Assembly: GCA_965224085.1 (NCBI GenBank)
Contig: CBDCYI010000011.1
Span: forward strand, 672,001-736,000
DNA: 64,000 bases
Direction of reading: 5' to 3'
Source: Candidatus Marinacidobacterales bacterium
GTDB taxonomy: Bacteria > Acidobacteriota > Vicinamibacteria > Marinacidobacterales > SMYC01
Shown here one piece after another: positions 36,638-45,865 of this stretch. The notes under the pieces were generated by a model, which saw only the letters and a program-made list of their open reading frames with translations, was not told where the DNA came from and did no database searches. How positions within the stretch are numbered: the first letter of the stretch is position 1; every line of letters starts with the position of its first letter. The position numbers were made by a program, and so were the translations under genes.

Positions 36638-38209
36638 ATGCTTTTTCGAAGTCCCCATGCCGACGTTTCTATCCCGAGTCAGCCGCTCACCGACTTCGTT
36701 TTGGAGCCGGCTGCGAAGTGGGCTGACAAGCCTGCCCTCATCGACGGGCCGAGCGGTCGAACCCTGACTTTCAGAGCACTCGGCGATGCGATCCAAAAAG
36801 CTGCCAAGGGCTTCTCCGACAAGGGTATGAAAAAAAGTGAGGTGCTCGCGATTTACAGCCCGAACTTGCCGGAATACGCGGTCGCGTTTCACGGGGTCTC
36901 CGTGATCGGCGGCGTGAGCACGACGATCAACCCGCTTTATACGCCCGAAGAGCTTGCCCGCCAGCTAAACGACAGCGAGGCGCGGTTCCTGCTCACGGTG
37001 CCGCCGTTTCTCGACAAGGCCAAAGCCGCGACGAAGGAATCCGGCGTCGAGGAGATCTTCGTCTTCGGGGAAGCCGAAGGCGCGACGCCGTTCGCTTCGC
37101 TACTCGACAATGACGGGGATGCACCCCGAGTTGATATCGCTCCCGAAGACCTCGTCACGCTTCCTTATTCGAGCGGGACGACCGGGCTCCAAAAAGGCGT
37201 CATGCTCACGCATCGGAACCTCGTGGCGAACCTCACGCAAACCGAGGCCACCTTCGGCGACGGACTGGGCGAGGAGGACGTCGCTATCGGCATCCTCCCG
37301 TTTTTTCACATTTACGGCATGGTCCTGATCATGAACCTGGCGCTTCACCCAGGCTGCACGGTGGTGACGATGCCCAAGTTCGATCTCGAGGAGTTTCTCG
37401 GTTTGATGCAGAAATACAAAGTCACGACAGCGCATCTCGTGCCGCCCATCGTGCTCGCGCTCGCGAAACATCCCGTCGTCGACCAATACGATTTGTCCTC
37501 GCTGCGGTGGCTCATGTCCGGCGCCGCGCCGCTCGGAAAGGACGTGACCGAGGCCTGTTCCAAGCGGCTCGACTGTTTCGTCTTGCAGGGCTACGGTCTT
37601 ACGGAAACGAGCCCAGTCTCGCATTGCAACCCGCCCGACCCGGAGAAGATCAAGGTCGGCTCCGTCGGGCCTTGTATCCCAGGCACAGATTGCAAAATCG
37701 TCGACCCGGGCACCGGAGAGGAGCTTGGACCGAACGAGGAAGGTGAAATTTGGATCCGCGGGCCGCAGGTGATGAAGGGCTATCTCAACAAGCCGAACGC
37801 GACCACGGAGTGCATCGACGCCGACGGCTTCTTCCACAGTGGGGATATCGGCTATGCCGACGAAGACGGCTATTTCTTCATCGTGGACCGGCTGAAAGAG
37901 CTTATCAAGTACAAAGGGATGCAAGTCGCTCCCGCTGAGCTCGAGGCGCTCCTGCTCTCGCATCCCTCGGTGAGCGATGCCGCCGTGATCCCCAAACCGG
38001 ACGAAGAAGCGGGCGAGATACCGAAGGCCTGCGTCGTCGTGCGTGAAGAGATCGATGCTCAGACGCTTCAGGATTTCATCGCGGATCGCGTGGCTCCTCA
38101 CAAGAAAATCCGCGAGATCGAGTTCGTCGACCAGATCCCCAAATCGCCTTCGGGTAAGATCCTGAGGCGCAAGCTCGTCGAGCGGGAGCGTCTGAAGGCC
38201 GCGCCTTGA
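36638..38209 (+). CDS. 4-coumarate--CoA ligase-like AMP-binding enzyme
   Basis: LPYSSGTTGLQKGVMLTH, QGYGLTE, GEIWIRGPQVMKGY, DRLKELIKYKG and PKSPSGKILRR. Confidence 0.92.
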   Translation: MLFRSPHADVSIPSQPLTDFVLEPAAKWADKPALIDGPSGRTLTFRALGDAIQKAAKGFSDKGMKKSEVLAIYSPNLPEYAVAFHGVSVIGGVSTTINPLYTPEELARQLNDSEARFLLTVPPFLDKAKAATKESGVEEIFVFGEAEGATPFASLLDNDGDAPRVDIAPEDLVTLPYSSGTTGLQKGVMLTHRNLVANLTQTEATFGDGLGEEDVAIGILPFFHIYGMVLIMNLALHPGCTVVTMPKFDLEEFLGLMQKYKVTTAHLVPPIVLALAKHPVVDQYDLSSLRWLMSGAAPLGKDVTEACSKRLDCFVLQGYGLTETSPVSHCNPPDPEKIKVGSVGPCIPGTDCKIVDPGTGEELGPNEEGEIWIRGPQVMKGYLNKPNATTECIDADGFFHSGDIGYADEDGYFFIVDRLKELIKYKGMQVAPAELEALLLSHPSVSDAAVIPKPDEEAGEIPKACVVVREEIDAQTLQDFIADRVAPHKKIREIEFVDQIPKSPSGKILRRKLVERERLKAAP

Positions 38210-39372
38210 GGCTTCGGCTCACGTCGGAGGAAGAGGCGTTCCGCACGCGAGTCCGTGCGTTCATCGACGAAAACCTTCCCGCGGATATTCGCGCGCGCGT
38301 CGAAGGCAGTCAGAAACTCCGCCGCGACGACTTCGTTCGTTGGCACAAGACTCTCTATGAGCAAGGATGGATCGCTCCCCATTGGCCGAAGGAGTACGGG
38401 GGAACTGGATGGACACCCGTAGAGCGCTATCTCTTCGAAGAAGAGCTCGGGGCTGCGTCGGCGCCTTACTTGATTCGTTTTGGTCTTCTCATGGTGGGGC
38501 CGGTCATCATGACCTTCGGAAACCATGAGCAAAAGAAGCGTTATTTGCCCCGCATCCTTTCGAGCGACGATTGGTGGTGCCAAGGCTATTCCGAGCCGGG
38601 CTCGGGCTCCGACTTGGCCTCGTTGCAGACGCGCGCCGTGCTCGAAGACGATCACTACGTCGTCAATGGGCACAAGACTTGGGTCACTCTTGCCCAGCAT
38701 GCGAACCGAATGTTCTTTCTCGGCCGCACGAGCGATGTGGGTAAGAATCAAGACGGCATCTCGTTTTTTCTCGTCGACATGGAGACAGCGGGCATCAGCG
38801 TGCGCCCGATCACCACGTTCGACGGCGGCAACGAAATCAACGACGTGATCTTCGAGGACGTCCGCGTCCCGCGTGAGAACCTCGTAGGCGAGGAAGGGAA
38901 GGGCTGGACCTATGCGAAATTCCTTCTCGGCCACGAGCGAACCGGCATCGCGCACATAGGAAGCTTGAAGCGCTGGCTCGGGAAAGTTCGATCTATCGCG
39001 CCGAAGGAGCCGTCGTTCGGGCGCAAGCTTGCCGGTGTCGAAGTCGAGCTGCTCGCGCTCGAATCCATCGTCTTGAAAGTGCTCGCGGAAGAAACGGCAG
39101 GCCACCCGCCGGGACCGGAGGCGTCGCTCTTGAAGATCCGAGCTTCGGAACTCCAACAGACGTTGACGGAGCTCATGTTCGACGCAGCCGGCTATTACGC
39201 CGGGCCCTACTTGCCCAAAGCACTCGAGAACGGTTTCGCCGAAGAGAATTTCGGTCCTTCTCATGCACCTGCGATAGCCCCTCTTTATTTCAATTGGCGC
39301 AAGGCCTCCATCTATGCGGGGTCGAACGAGATTCAAAAGAACATCATCGCGAAGATGGTGCTCGGTCTATGA
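38206..39372 (+). CDS. Acyl-CoA dehydrogenase (PimC-like large subunit)
   Basis: WCQGYSEPGSGSDLASL, NGHKTW and SIYAGSNEIQKNIIA. Confidence 0.92.
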   Translation: MRLRLTSEEEAFRTRVRAFIDENLPADIRARVEGSQKLRRDDFVRWHKTLYEQGWIAPHWPKEYGGTGWTPVERYLFEEELGAASAPYLIRFGLLMVGPVIMTFGNHEQKKRYLPRILSSDDWWCQGYSEPGSGSDLASLQTRAVLEDDHYVVNGHKTWVTLAQHANRMFFLGRTSDVGKNQDGISFFLVDMETAGISVRPITTFDGGNEINDVIFEDVRVPRENLVGEEGKGWTYAKFLLGHERTGIAHIGSLKRWLGKVRSIAPKEPSFGRKLAGVEVELLALESIVLKVLAEETAGHPPGPEASLLKIRASELQQTLTELMFDAAGYYAGPYLPKALENGFAEENFGPSHAPAIAPLYFNWRKASIYAGSNEIQKNIIAKMVLGL

Positions 39373-39406
39373 GCAGCGAGTGGGACCTCGGTCTTTGAGC
39401 GGCGAG

Positions 39407-40516
39407 ATGGACTTCACGCTGAACGAAGAGCAAAAGCTCCTCAAAGAAAGTGTCGACCGGTTCGTGCGGGAGGCCTACACTTTCGACCGTCGGCAGGCGC
39501 TCGTGGCGAGCGAGCTCGGTTTCAGCCGCGAGCATTGGAAGCAGTTCGCGGAGCTCGGCTGGCTCGGGCTCGGTTTTGCGGAAGAACATGGCGGCCTGGG
39601 AGGCTCGGCTCTCGGTAGCGCCGTGCTAATGGAGGCCTTCGGCCGCGCTCTTCTCGTCGAGCCTTACTTCACGACGGTCGTCCTCGGTGGGAAGATTCTC
39701 GAGGCTACGGGCGGGGCGGCTCTCGTCCCGTCGATTGTGGAAGGGGAGCTGCTCATAGCACTCGCGCACACGGAGCCCGAGTCGCGCTTCGACCTCACGG
39801 CGGTCGGGACACGGGCTGAGCCAGCGGGAAGAGGGTTTCGTCTGCAAGGCCGCAAGAGCTTCGTGCTTCAAGCGGCGACCGCGGATAAGCTCATCGTCTC
39901 CGCCCGCACCGGCGATGAAGGCGTATCGCTGTTTCTCGTGGACCGCGAGAGCGAAGGGGTCTCACTGCGCGCCTATGCGACGGTCGATGGATTGCGGGCC
40001 GCGGATATCGCGCTCGAAGACGTGTATGTAGAAGATGAAGCGCTTCTCGGCGAACGCGGCGGGGCGCTCACCGCGATCGAGCCCGTGATAGACCGCGCCA
40101 TCACGCTTCTCGCGGCGGAAGCTGTAGGGGCGATGGGTGCCCTCAATGAGGCGACGTTCGACTATCTCAAGACGCGGCGCCAGTTCGGTGTTCCCATCGG
40201 AAGTTTTCAAGCGCTGCAGCATCGGGCGGTCGACATGTTCGTGGACTACGAGCTATCACGGGCCCTCGCCTACCGCGCCGCCGCGGCGATCGAGAAACTC
40301 GAGGGCCGTGAGCGCGCGTGGGCAGCTTCTGCCGTCAAAGTGCAAATCGGGCGTGCCGGCAAACGGATCGGCAAAGAAGCCATCCAGCTTCATGGCGGGA
40401 TGGGCATGACGAACGAGCTTGCGATCGGCCACTACTTCAAGCGACTCTCAATGATCGATGTGCTCTTCGGAAACGTGGACCACCATCTCGAGCGACTCGC
40501 GACGCTCCCGCTCTAG
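39407..40516 (+). CDS. Acyl-CoA dehydrogenase (PimD-like small subunit)
   Basis: MDFTLNEEQ, R.QFGVPIGSFQALQHR and IQLHGGMGMT.E. Confidence 0.92.
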   Translation: MDFTLNEEQKLLKESVDRFVREAYTFDRRQALVASELGFSREHWKQFAELGWLGLGFAEEHGGLGGSALGSAVLMEAFGRALLVEPYFTTVVLGGKILEATGGAALVPSIVEGELLIALAHTEPESRFDLTAVGTRAEPAGRGFRLQGRKSFVLQAATADKLIVSARTGDEGVSLFLVDRESEGVSLRAYATVDGLRAADIALEDVYVEDEALLGERGGALTAIEPVIDRAITLLAAEAVGAMGALNEATFDYLKTRRQFGVPIGSFQALQHRAVDMFVDYELSRALAYRAAAAIEKLEGRERAWAASAVKVQIGRAGKRIGKEAIQLHGGMGMTNELAIGHYFKRLSMIDVLFGNVDHHLERLATLPL

Positions 40517-41850
40517 GCGGTCGGCAAAAAAATCGTAGCCGTCGTCCCTTGCCCTTCGACGCTCGAAATCTGCAACGACCCGCCAATCTCTTCGACGCTC
40601 GACTTGCTCATTGGAAGCCCGAGGCGCATGCCGATGCGATCGCCTTTACGGGTCAAACCAAAGTCGAAGATCGTTGCGAACGCGGATGACGGGATACCTT
40701 TGCCGTTATCGACAATCTCCACCACGACGCCCTCTCCTGTCTCGGCGACTTGAATCTGAATCTCGCTTTCGACGTCATCGCTATCGAGAGCCTCGACAGC
40801 GTTCTCGAGAAGGCTCAAGAAGACGCGGTTGAGCTTTGCCGGATAGCAGATGACGAGCGCGAGCTTTTCCGGATATTGCCGCACCACGCGAATCCTGCCT
40901 TCTATTCTAGGGTGCATGAGCGACAACGTGTCATCGATACCTTGACGTATGTCGAAAGGCTTACGTTCCGCCTCGTCGAGCGCGACGAAGCGTTTTAGCG
41001 TCTCGAGGGCGTCGCCGACGCGCGCAGCAGCCTGGGTCAGGCTCCTCGAGGCTTCCGTCCCGGCTTGCACTGCACGCTCGACCTGTCCTTCGCGCATCCG
41101 GTCGAAGCTCTTGGCGATGGTATCGGCCGAAGCCCGCAAGGTTCCGAGAGGCGTGTTGACCTCATGGAGAAGCCCGGCGGCCAGTCGTCCGATCGAGGCG
41201 TGCTTTTCAGACTCGACGAGCTCGCTTTGGGAGCGCTCGAGCTCCGCATAGGCCGCCTCGAGAGAGTTCTCCATGGCCGCGCCGCGACGGCGCGAATGGT
41301 GCGTGAAGGTGGCCGTAAGGAGCGCGACCGATGCGAGCGCGACCCAGTGGTAAGCGTCGACCGGTAGGCTGTCATGGATGACGAAGGGGACGATGCGATC
41401 GCCAAAGAACAAGATCCCGAAGAACGATCCAAGGGACATGACCATGAGGATCGTCGCCGTCCACCGATATTGCGGCGGGCAGAAGAGCGCGATCGCGGTC
41501 ACCGAGATGATCAAGTAGTAATGCGAGCCGGACTCTGGGCCAAAGAGCAACACCGCGAATAGGATATAGACGTTCAGCGAGGAGAACAGCCAGACGATCG
41601 CGAGCCAGTACTGTTTCAGCCGATTCAGGCTCAACGCCACCAAGTAGGCCGCGAGGATGCCGAGCGGCATCCCTATCTTTATGAGCGCCGGAAGCTCCGT
41701 ACGAAGATTCATCGCGAGATATACGATGGATATGGGCGACGCGAGGAGCATCACCGTGTTCAAGAGCACGACATAGCGGGCGAGGCGGGGCGGCGTCGCT
41801 TCTTCGACCCCGAGATGCGAGGCGCGTTGCCAGAGCTCTTTGAAAGCCAA
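40513..41850 (-). CDS. Membrane sensor histidine kinase
   Basis: About six TM segments, H-box GLLHEVNTPLG, N-box LLENA, DNGKGI and GQGT. Confidence 0.88.
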   Translation of the reverse strand: MAFKELWQRASHLGVEEATPPRLARYVVLLNTVMLLASPISIVYLAMNLRTELPALIKIGMPLGILAAYLVALSLNRLKQYWLAIVWLFSSLNVYILFAVLLFGPESGSHYYLIISVTAIALFCPPQYRWTATILMVMSLGSFFGILFFGDRIVPFVIHDSLPVDAYHWVALASVALLTATFTHHSRRRGAAMENSLEAAYAELERSQSELVESEKHASIGRLAAGLLHEVNTPLGTLRASADTIAKSFDRMREGQVERAVQAGTEASRSLTQAAARVGDALETLKRFVALDEAERKPFDIRQGIDDTLSLMHPRIEGRIRVVRQYPEKLALVICYPAKLNRVFLSLLENAVEALDSDDVESEIQIQVAETGEGVVVEIVDNGKGIPSSAFATIFDFGLTRKGDRIGMRLGLPMSKSSVEEIGGSLQISSVEGQGTTATIFLPTA

Positions 41851-41879
41851 GTTCTTCAGGCGCGTAGTGCCCGACCCCG

Positions 41880-42659
41880 CTAGTCCTTTCCGTTTCGCTG
41901 GGAGAGGATCCAGGCTATGAGCTCCTCTTCCGCGTAGGCACGGTCCCAGGAGTTGTGGGTCACGCCGGGATATTCGGTGTATTTCACGTTACCCCCGGCT
42001 TTCTCGAGCGCCTCGGTCAGCTTACGTGATTCGGTGACGGAAACGCTGCGATCCGCGTCACCGTGAAAGGCCCAAACGGGCACGCTGCCGATGCCGTCGG
42101 CGGTCTCCGTATAAGGGTCCTCGGGCGCACGGGCGGCGGGATGCCAATTGGGGACCGGAAAGGCGCGCCTCGAAGTGACGCCGCCGCATACGGGGACGAG
42201 CGCCGCGAACTTCTTCGGATATTTGTAGCCGAAGGCCCACGTGCCATAGCCGCCCATGGAGAGTCCGGTCAAATACAGTCTCGCCGGGTCGCCATTGAAC
42301 TCTTTCATCGAGGCCTCGAGCGCTGCGAACGCTTGAGCTTCCATCGCTCTCGCTCCCCACCACGTTCGGCGGCGGCATTGCGGCATGACCACGATCGCGG
42401 GGAAATCCGGCTTTCGGCGAAGGATCTCGGGGAGGCCTTCGTCTGTCTGCCGGGCGCCGTCCGCGCCGCTCTCTCCCGCGCCGTGCAAGAAAAAGATCAC
42501 GGGCCATTTTTGGTTCGGGCTCCATCCGGACGGGACGAAGACTTGATAAAGGTAGGTGACGCCGTCGAGCTCGACGGAGCGCGAGAGAAATCCGGTTTCC
42601 TGAGGCGGTGTCCCACTGAAAAAGGCCGTCAGTAGCAAGAGCAAGAGATTCGATGGCAT
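41880..42659 (-). CDS. Exported alpha/beta hydrolase (predicted peptidase/esterase)
   Basis: FLHGAGESG, YLTGLSMGGYG, WAFHGDAD and HNSW. Confidence 0.88.
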   Translation of the reverse strand: MPSNLLLLLLTAFFSGTPPQETGFLSRSVELDGVTYLYQVFVPSGWSPNQKWPVIFFLHGAGESGADGARQTDEGLPEILRRKPDFPAIVVMPQCRRRTWWGARAMEAQAFAALEASMKEFNGDPARLYLTGLSMGGYGTWAFGYKYPKKFAALVPVCGGVTSRRAFPVPNWHPAARAPEDPYTETADGIGSVPVWAFHGDADRSVSVTESRKLTEALEKAGGNVKYTEYPGVTHNSWDRAYAEEELIAWILSQRNGKD

Positions 42660-42665
42660 ATTTAG

Positions 42666-44175
42666 CCCTAATTGAACAATAATTCATGACGCTAGCGCGA
42701 GTTCGATTCTTTCAAAGAGTGTCTGAGTGGAGGAGTTTGTGGCCATTCGGAGCGCGTTTCGACCACTAACGCGAACGAGGCGGCCGGCTTTGTTGATGAT
42801 GCGGAAGCGGATGGTGCGGATGGTGTGCAGCAGATGGGTGCATGTACGCTTTCGAGAGATGCCTTTCGTTTCGGCGATGGTGTCGAGCTGAAAGCTGCGA
42901 CACAGGTTGTGTGCGAGCACGTTCAACTGTTGCCAGGCGCTATTGGCGGCATAGCTTTTAGTGGGCACGACGTCGAGAGCGAACTGGCTGCGCAATTCGG
43001 CGAAGGTTTTCTCTTGGCCGCCTCGCCCAGCAGCGAAGTACCAAAGGCGTTGGACGGTGAGCGATTTGTTGGTGGCGACGGCTGAGTACTCGAAGTAGCC
43101 GTCGTCTGGAGAAAACAGGTCGAGCTGGAAGTTTTTCGGCGTTCGATGTCGAACTCGCTTCCGATAGGTCGCGATCCGGACGGTGATATTCCAGGGCTCG
43201 ATGAAGTGTTTGATGGAGAAGCCATCGATTTCGTCACTCACGCGGTGCCATCGCTTGCGCCCAGCGACGACCTCCTTTAGGCCGAGCCACGGCCAGAACG
43301 GAGCCTTGATCGCGAACTCGCTTCGGGAGCGCTCTAGCCTCTTGAGAATCTTTTCGTTGAAAAACGCGGCATCCGTGCGGAATTCCAGCTTTCGGGACCG
43401 ACCGAACTGGCCCCGTAGCTCGCCTATCAGCTCCCGTAGAAACGCATCGGCACCCTTGGAGTCGTGAACGTTGCCAGGACGATTTCTGGATTTGAGAATC
43501 TGGCCCGTCTGAGCCAGGTGAGCGAACAAAGGGTAGTAACTTTTATTCTTCTTGCGATGAGGATTGAATCCTCGAAACGCCCATCCAACCTGATTGCCTG
43601 CCTGAACCACGGTGCCGTCCATATCTACCGTCAGACGGTTCAGACCCAATCGCTCGATCTGCTCGTGGACCAATACACCGTTCAACTCCGATAGGCCCTT
43701 GAGCCGCTCTCCCGTGAATTGCTTCAGCCAATTCACGATCGTCGGACGGCTCGGTAGTCTTCTCAACCCACAGAAGCGAAGCAGCATCGGGTCATCACAG
43801 ACATACTGCAGGTGCTCTAGACGACGAGCTCCCACGAGCAGCATCCCAACCAACACCAGAACCAGTCGGACGCTCCCGTAGTCCGACCGAATGCCTTTTC
43901 CTCTGCACGCCTTTCCTACCCGGCGGCTTAGCTCAACCCGGCGCAAATATCGTGAAAACAGTTCCAGTCCACCAAACGAGCTCAGGTTCTGCTCTGTGAA
44001 CTCGATCGGAAGATCCTTGTTGAAGTTCCGGCGAAATCGAGATAGTTTCAAGCGCACTATAGGGGCCTCTGGTCGTTTGGGGTTTTGTTTGGAAGCAACG
44101 CTCCAAACATAAACCCAGAGGCTCCTTTGTCAATACTTTCGCGCTACTTTGCTCTCTTTTTTTTTGCGATTAGGG
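42666..44175 (-). mobile_element. IS1380-family insertion sequence
   Basis: Ends CCCTAATTG... and ...GCGATTAGGG. TTAG duplicated at 42662-65 and 44176-79. Confidence 0.9.
42684..44057 (-). CDS. IS1380 family transposase
   Basis: LSSFGGL, TVDMDGTV, SYYPL, RPGNVH, FRTDAAF and GRGGQEK.F.EL. Confidence 0.9.
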   Translation of the reverse strand: MRLKLSRFRRNFNKDLPIEFTEQNLSSFGGLELFSRYLRRVELSRRVGKACRGKGIRSDYGSVRLVLVLVGMLLVGARRLEHLQYVCDDPMLLRFCGLRRLPSRPTIVNWLKQFTGERLKGLSELNGVLVHEQIERLGLNRLTVDMDGTVVQAGNQVGWAFRGFNPHRKKNKSYYPLFAHLAQTGQILKSRNRPGNVHDSKGADAFLRELIGELRGQFGRSRKLEFRTDAAFFNEKILKRLERSRSEFAIKAPFWPWLGLKEVVAGRKRWHRVSDEIDGFSIKHFIEPWNITVRIATYRKRVRHRTPKNFQLDLFSPDDGYFEYSAVATNKSLTVQRLWYFAAGRGGQEKTFAELRSQFALDVVPTKSYAANSAWQQLNVLAHNLCRSFQLDTIAETKGISRKRTCTHLLHTIRTIRFRIINKAGRLVRVSGRNALRMATNSSTQTLFERIELALAS

Positions 44176-44179
44176 TTAG

Positions 44180-44720
44180 TGTCTCTTCCGGGGATGGTCC
44201 GAAACCCCTCGCCTTTAGGCGAAGAGAAGATCGTGGTATTGTGGTCGCGTGCGTCACTACAGGCACGGAGCGCACACGAAAACGGACCTAAAAGCGCACA
44301 TCGTTTGGATACCGAAATATCGTAAAAAGGTTTTGATCGGTCCAGTAGCGGTTCGTGTGCGCGATCTGATTCGTCAGATCGCGATGGAACATGAGCTGCA
44401 CATAATCTCGGGTAAGGTTGCACGCGACCACGTCCACGTGTTCGTATCCTACCGACCACACCAGGACCTGAGTACGATCGTGCAGTGGCTAAAAGGAATA
44501 AGCTCCCGAGTACTCCTTCAGGAGTTTGCTCACCTGAGGAAGAAGTTTTGGGGCCGGCACTTCTGGGCCCGAGGATATCTGGCGGTGAGTTCAGGAAGCA
44601 TAACGGACGAGATGGTAAAGGAGTACATAGACTCCCAGGATGGCGAGCCTCTTCACGACGACAGTCAATTTCCAATTGACAGCCCTTGAAGCCACCGCCT
44701 TCTAGGCGGTGGTTGTTCAC
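44180..44720 (+). mobile_element. IS200-type element (tnpA only)
   Basis: Subterminal hairpins CTCGCCTTTAGGCGAAG (left) and ACCGCCTTCTAGGCGGT followed by GGTTGTTCAC (right). No tnpB. Confidence 0.85.
44249..44689 (+). CDS. tnpA: IS200/IS605 family transposase (Y1 HUH)
   Basis: HIVWIPKYRKK, DHVH, LKG.SSR, FWARGY and EYIDSQ. Confidence 0.95.
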   Translation: MRHYRHGAHTKTDLKAHIVWIPKYRKKVLIGPVAVRVRDLIRQIAMEHELHIISGKVARDHVHVFVSYRPHQDLSTIVQWLKGISSRVLLQEFAHLRKKFWGRHFWARGYLAVSSGSITDEMVKEYIDSQDGEPLHDDSQFPIDSP

Positions 44721-44761
44721 TTCCTCGTAGCTGCGAGCGTCTTTATTCTACAATCTCGGTC

Positions 44762-45859
44762 ATGGATACCGAACTGGAACGGCTGCGGGCGGAGCTCGAG
44801 GGCATCGACTCGCAGATCCTCGAGCTCGTCGCGGAGCGTGCGCGACTCGCCTCTGCGATCGGGAAAGTGAAACGCGACACCGGCCGCCCGACACGTGATT
44901 TCCGGCGGGAGCGCGACGTCATCGAACGGGCTCGGGCGACGGCCGACAAGCTCAAGCTGCCTTCTCGTATGGTCGAGGAGCTGATGCTGCTATTGATCCG
45001 CTCGGCGCTCGAAGTGCAGGAGAAACAAGAGCTTGTGACGTCGAAAAGCGGCTCGGGAAAGAGCGCTCTCGTGATTGGTGGCTCCGGCAAGATGGGACGC
45101 TGGTTCGTGCGATTTCTGACTTCTCAGGGTTTCGAAGTCGAGATCGCGGACCCGAGGCCGTTCGGAGGCGAGCTTCCGCAGGTACGGGAATGGCAGTCAT
45201 CCAATTTAGATCACGACGTCATCGTTCTCGCGACACCACTCGCGGCAACGGGAGCGATCCTCGGCGAGATGGCAAAGCGGCCGCCCCGTGGCCTCGTTTT
45301 CGACGTCGGCTCGCTCAAGAGCCCGCTTCGTGATGGGCTACTCGCGCTTGCGGGAGCGGGCGCACGGGTGACTTCGATCCATCCCATGTTCGGTCCCGAA
45401 ACGGAGCTCTTGTCGGGGCGCCACGTTATTTTCGTGGATGTCGGTGACGAGGAGGCGACGCGCGAGGCGCGAGAGCTCTTCGCCTCGACGATGGCGGCGC
45501 ACGTTGCGATGGACCTCGAGAGCCACGACCGTTCGATCGCTTACGTGCTCGGTCTTTCACACGCGCTCAACATTGCTTTCGTCACCGCGCTCGTCGAAAG
45601 CGGGGAGGCCGCGCCCGCGCTCGCGCGGCTTTCGAGCACGACTTTCAACGAGCAGCTCGCGGTAGCGCGGAAGGTTACGGAGGAGAGCCCCCGGCTCTAT
45701 TTTGAGATCCAGTCGCTCAACGATTACGGCTCGGAGGCTCTGGCTGCACTTGTCTACGCGGTCGAGCGTTTGCGCTCGACCGTTCTCGCTGGTGATGAAC
45801 AGGGTTTCGCGGCGCTGATGGAGAGAGGCCGGGATTATTTCGGCGCGCGCGACAGCTAG
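44762..45859 (+). CDS. tyrA: Bifunctional chorismate mutase / prephenate dehydrogenase
   Basis: LR.EL..ID..IL.L..ER CM domain, [22 protein letters not shown] and [12 protein letters not shown]. Confidence 0.88.
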   Translation: MDTELERLRAELEGIDSQILELVAERARLASAIGKVKRDTGRPTRDFRRERDVIERARATADKLKLPSRMVEELMLLLIRSALEVQEKQELVTSKSGSGKSALVIGGSGKMGRWFVRFLTSQGFEVEIADPRPFGGELPQVREWQSSNLDHDVIVLATPLAATGAILGEMAKRPPRGLVFDVGSLKSPLRDGLLALAGAGARVTSIHPMFGPETELLSGRHVIFVDVGDEEATREARELFASTMAAHVAMDLESHDRSIAYVLGLSHALNIAFVTALVESGEAAPALARLSSTTFNEQLAVARKVTEESPRLYFEIQSLNDYGSEALAALVYAVERLRSTVLAGDEQGFAALMERGRDYFGARDS

Positions 45860-45865
45860 ACTGCC

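Noticed and set aside
44180-44760. TnpB/omega-RNA system with the IS200/IS605 element
   Set aside because: The right-end hairpin follows tnpA immediately, leaving no room for tnpB.
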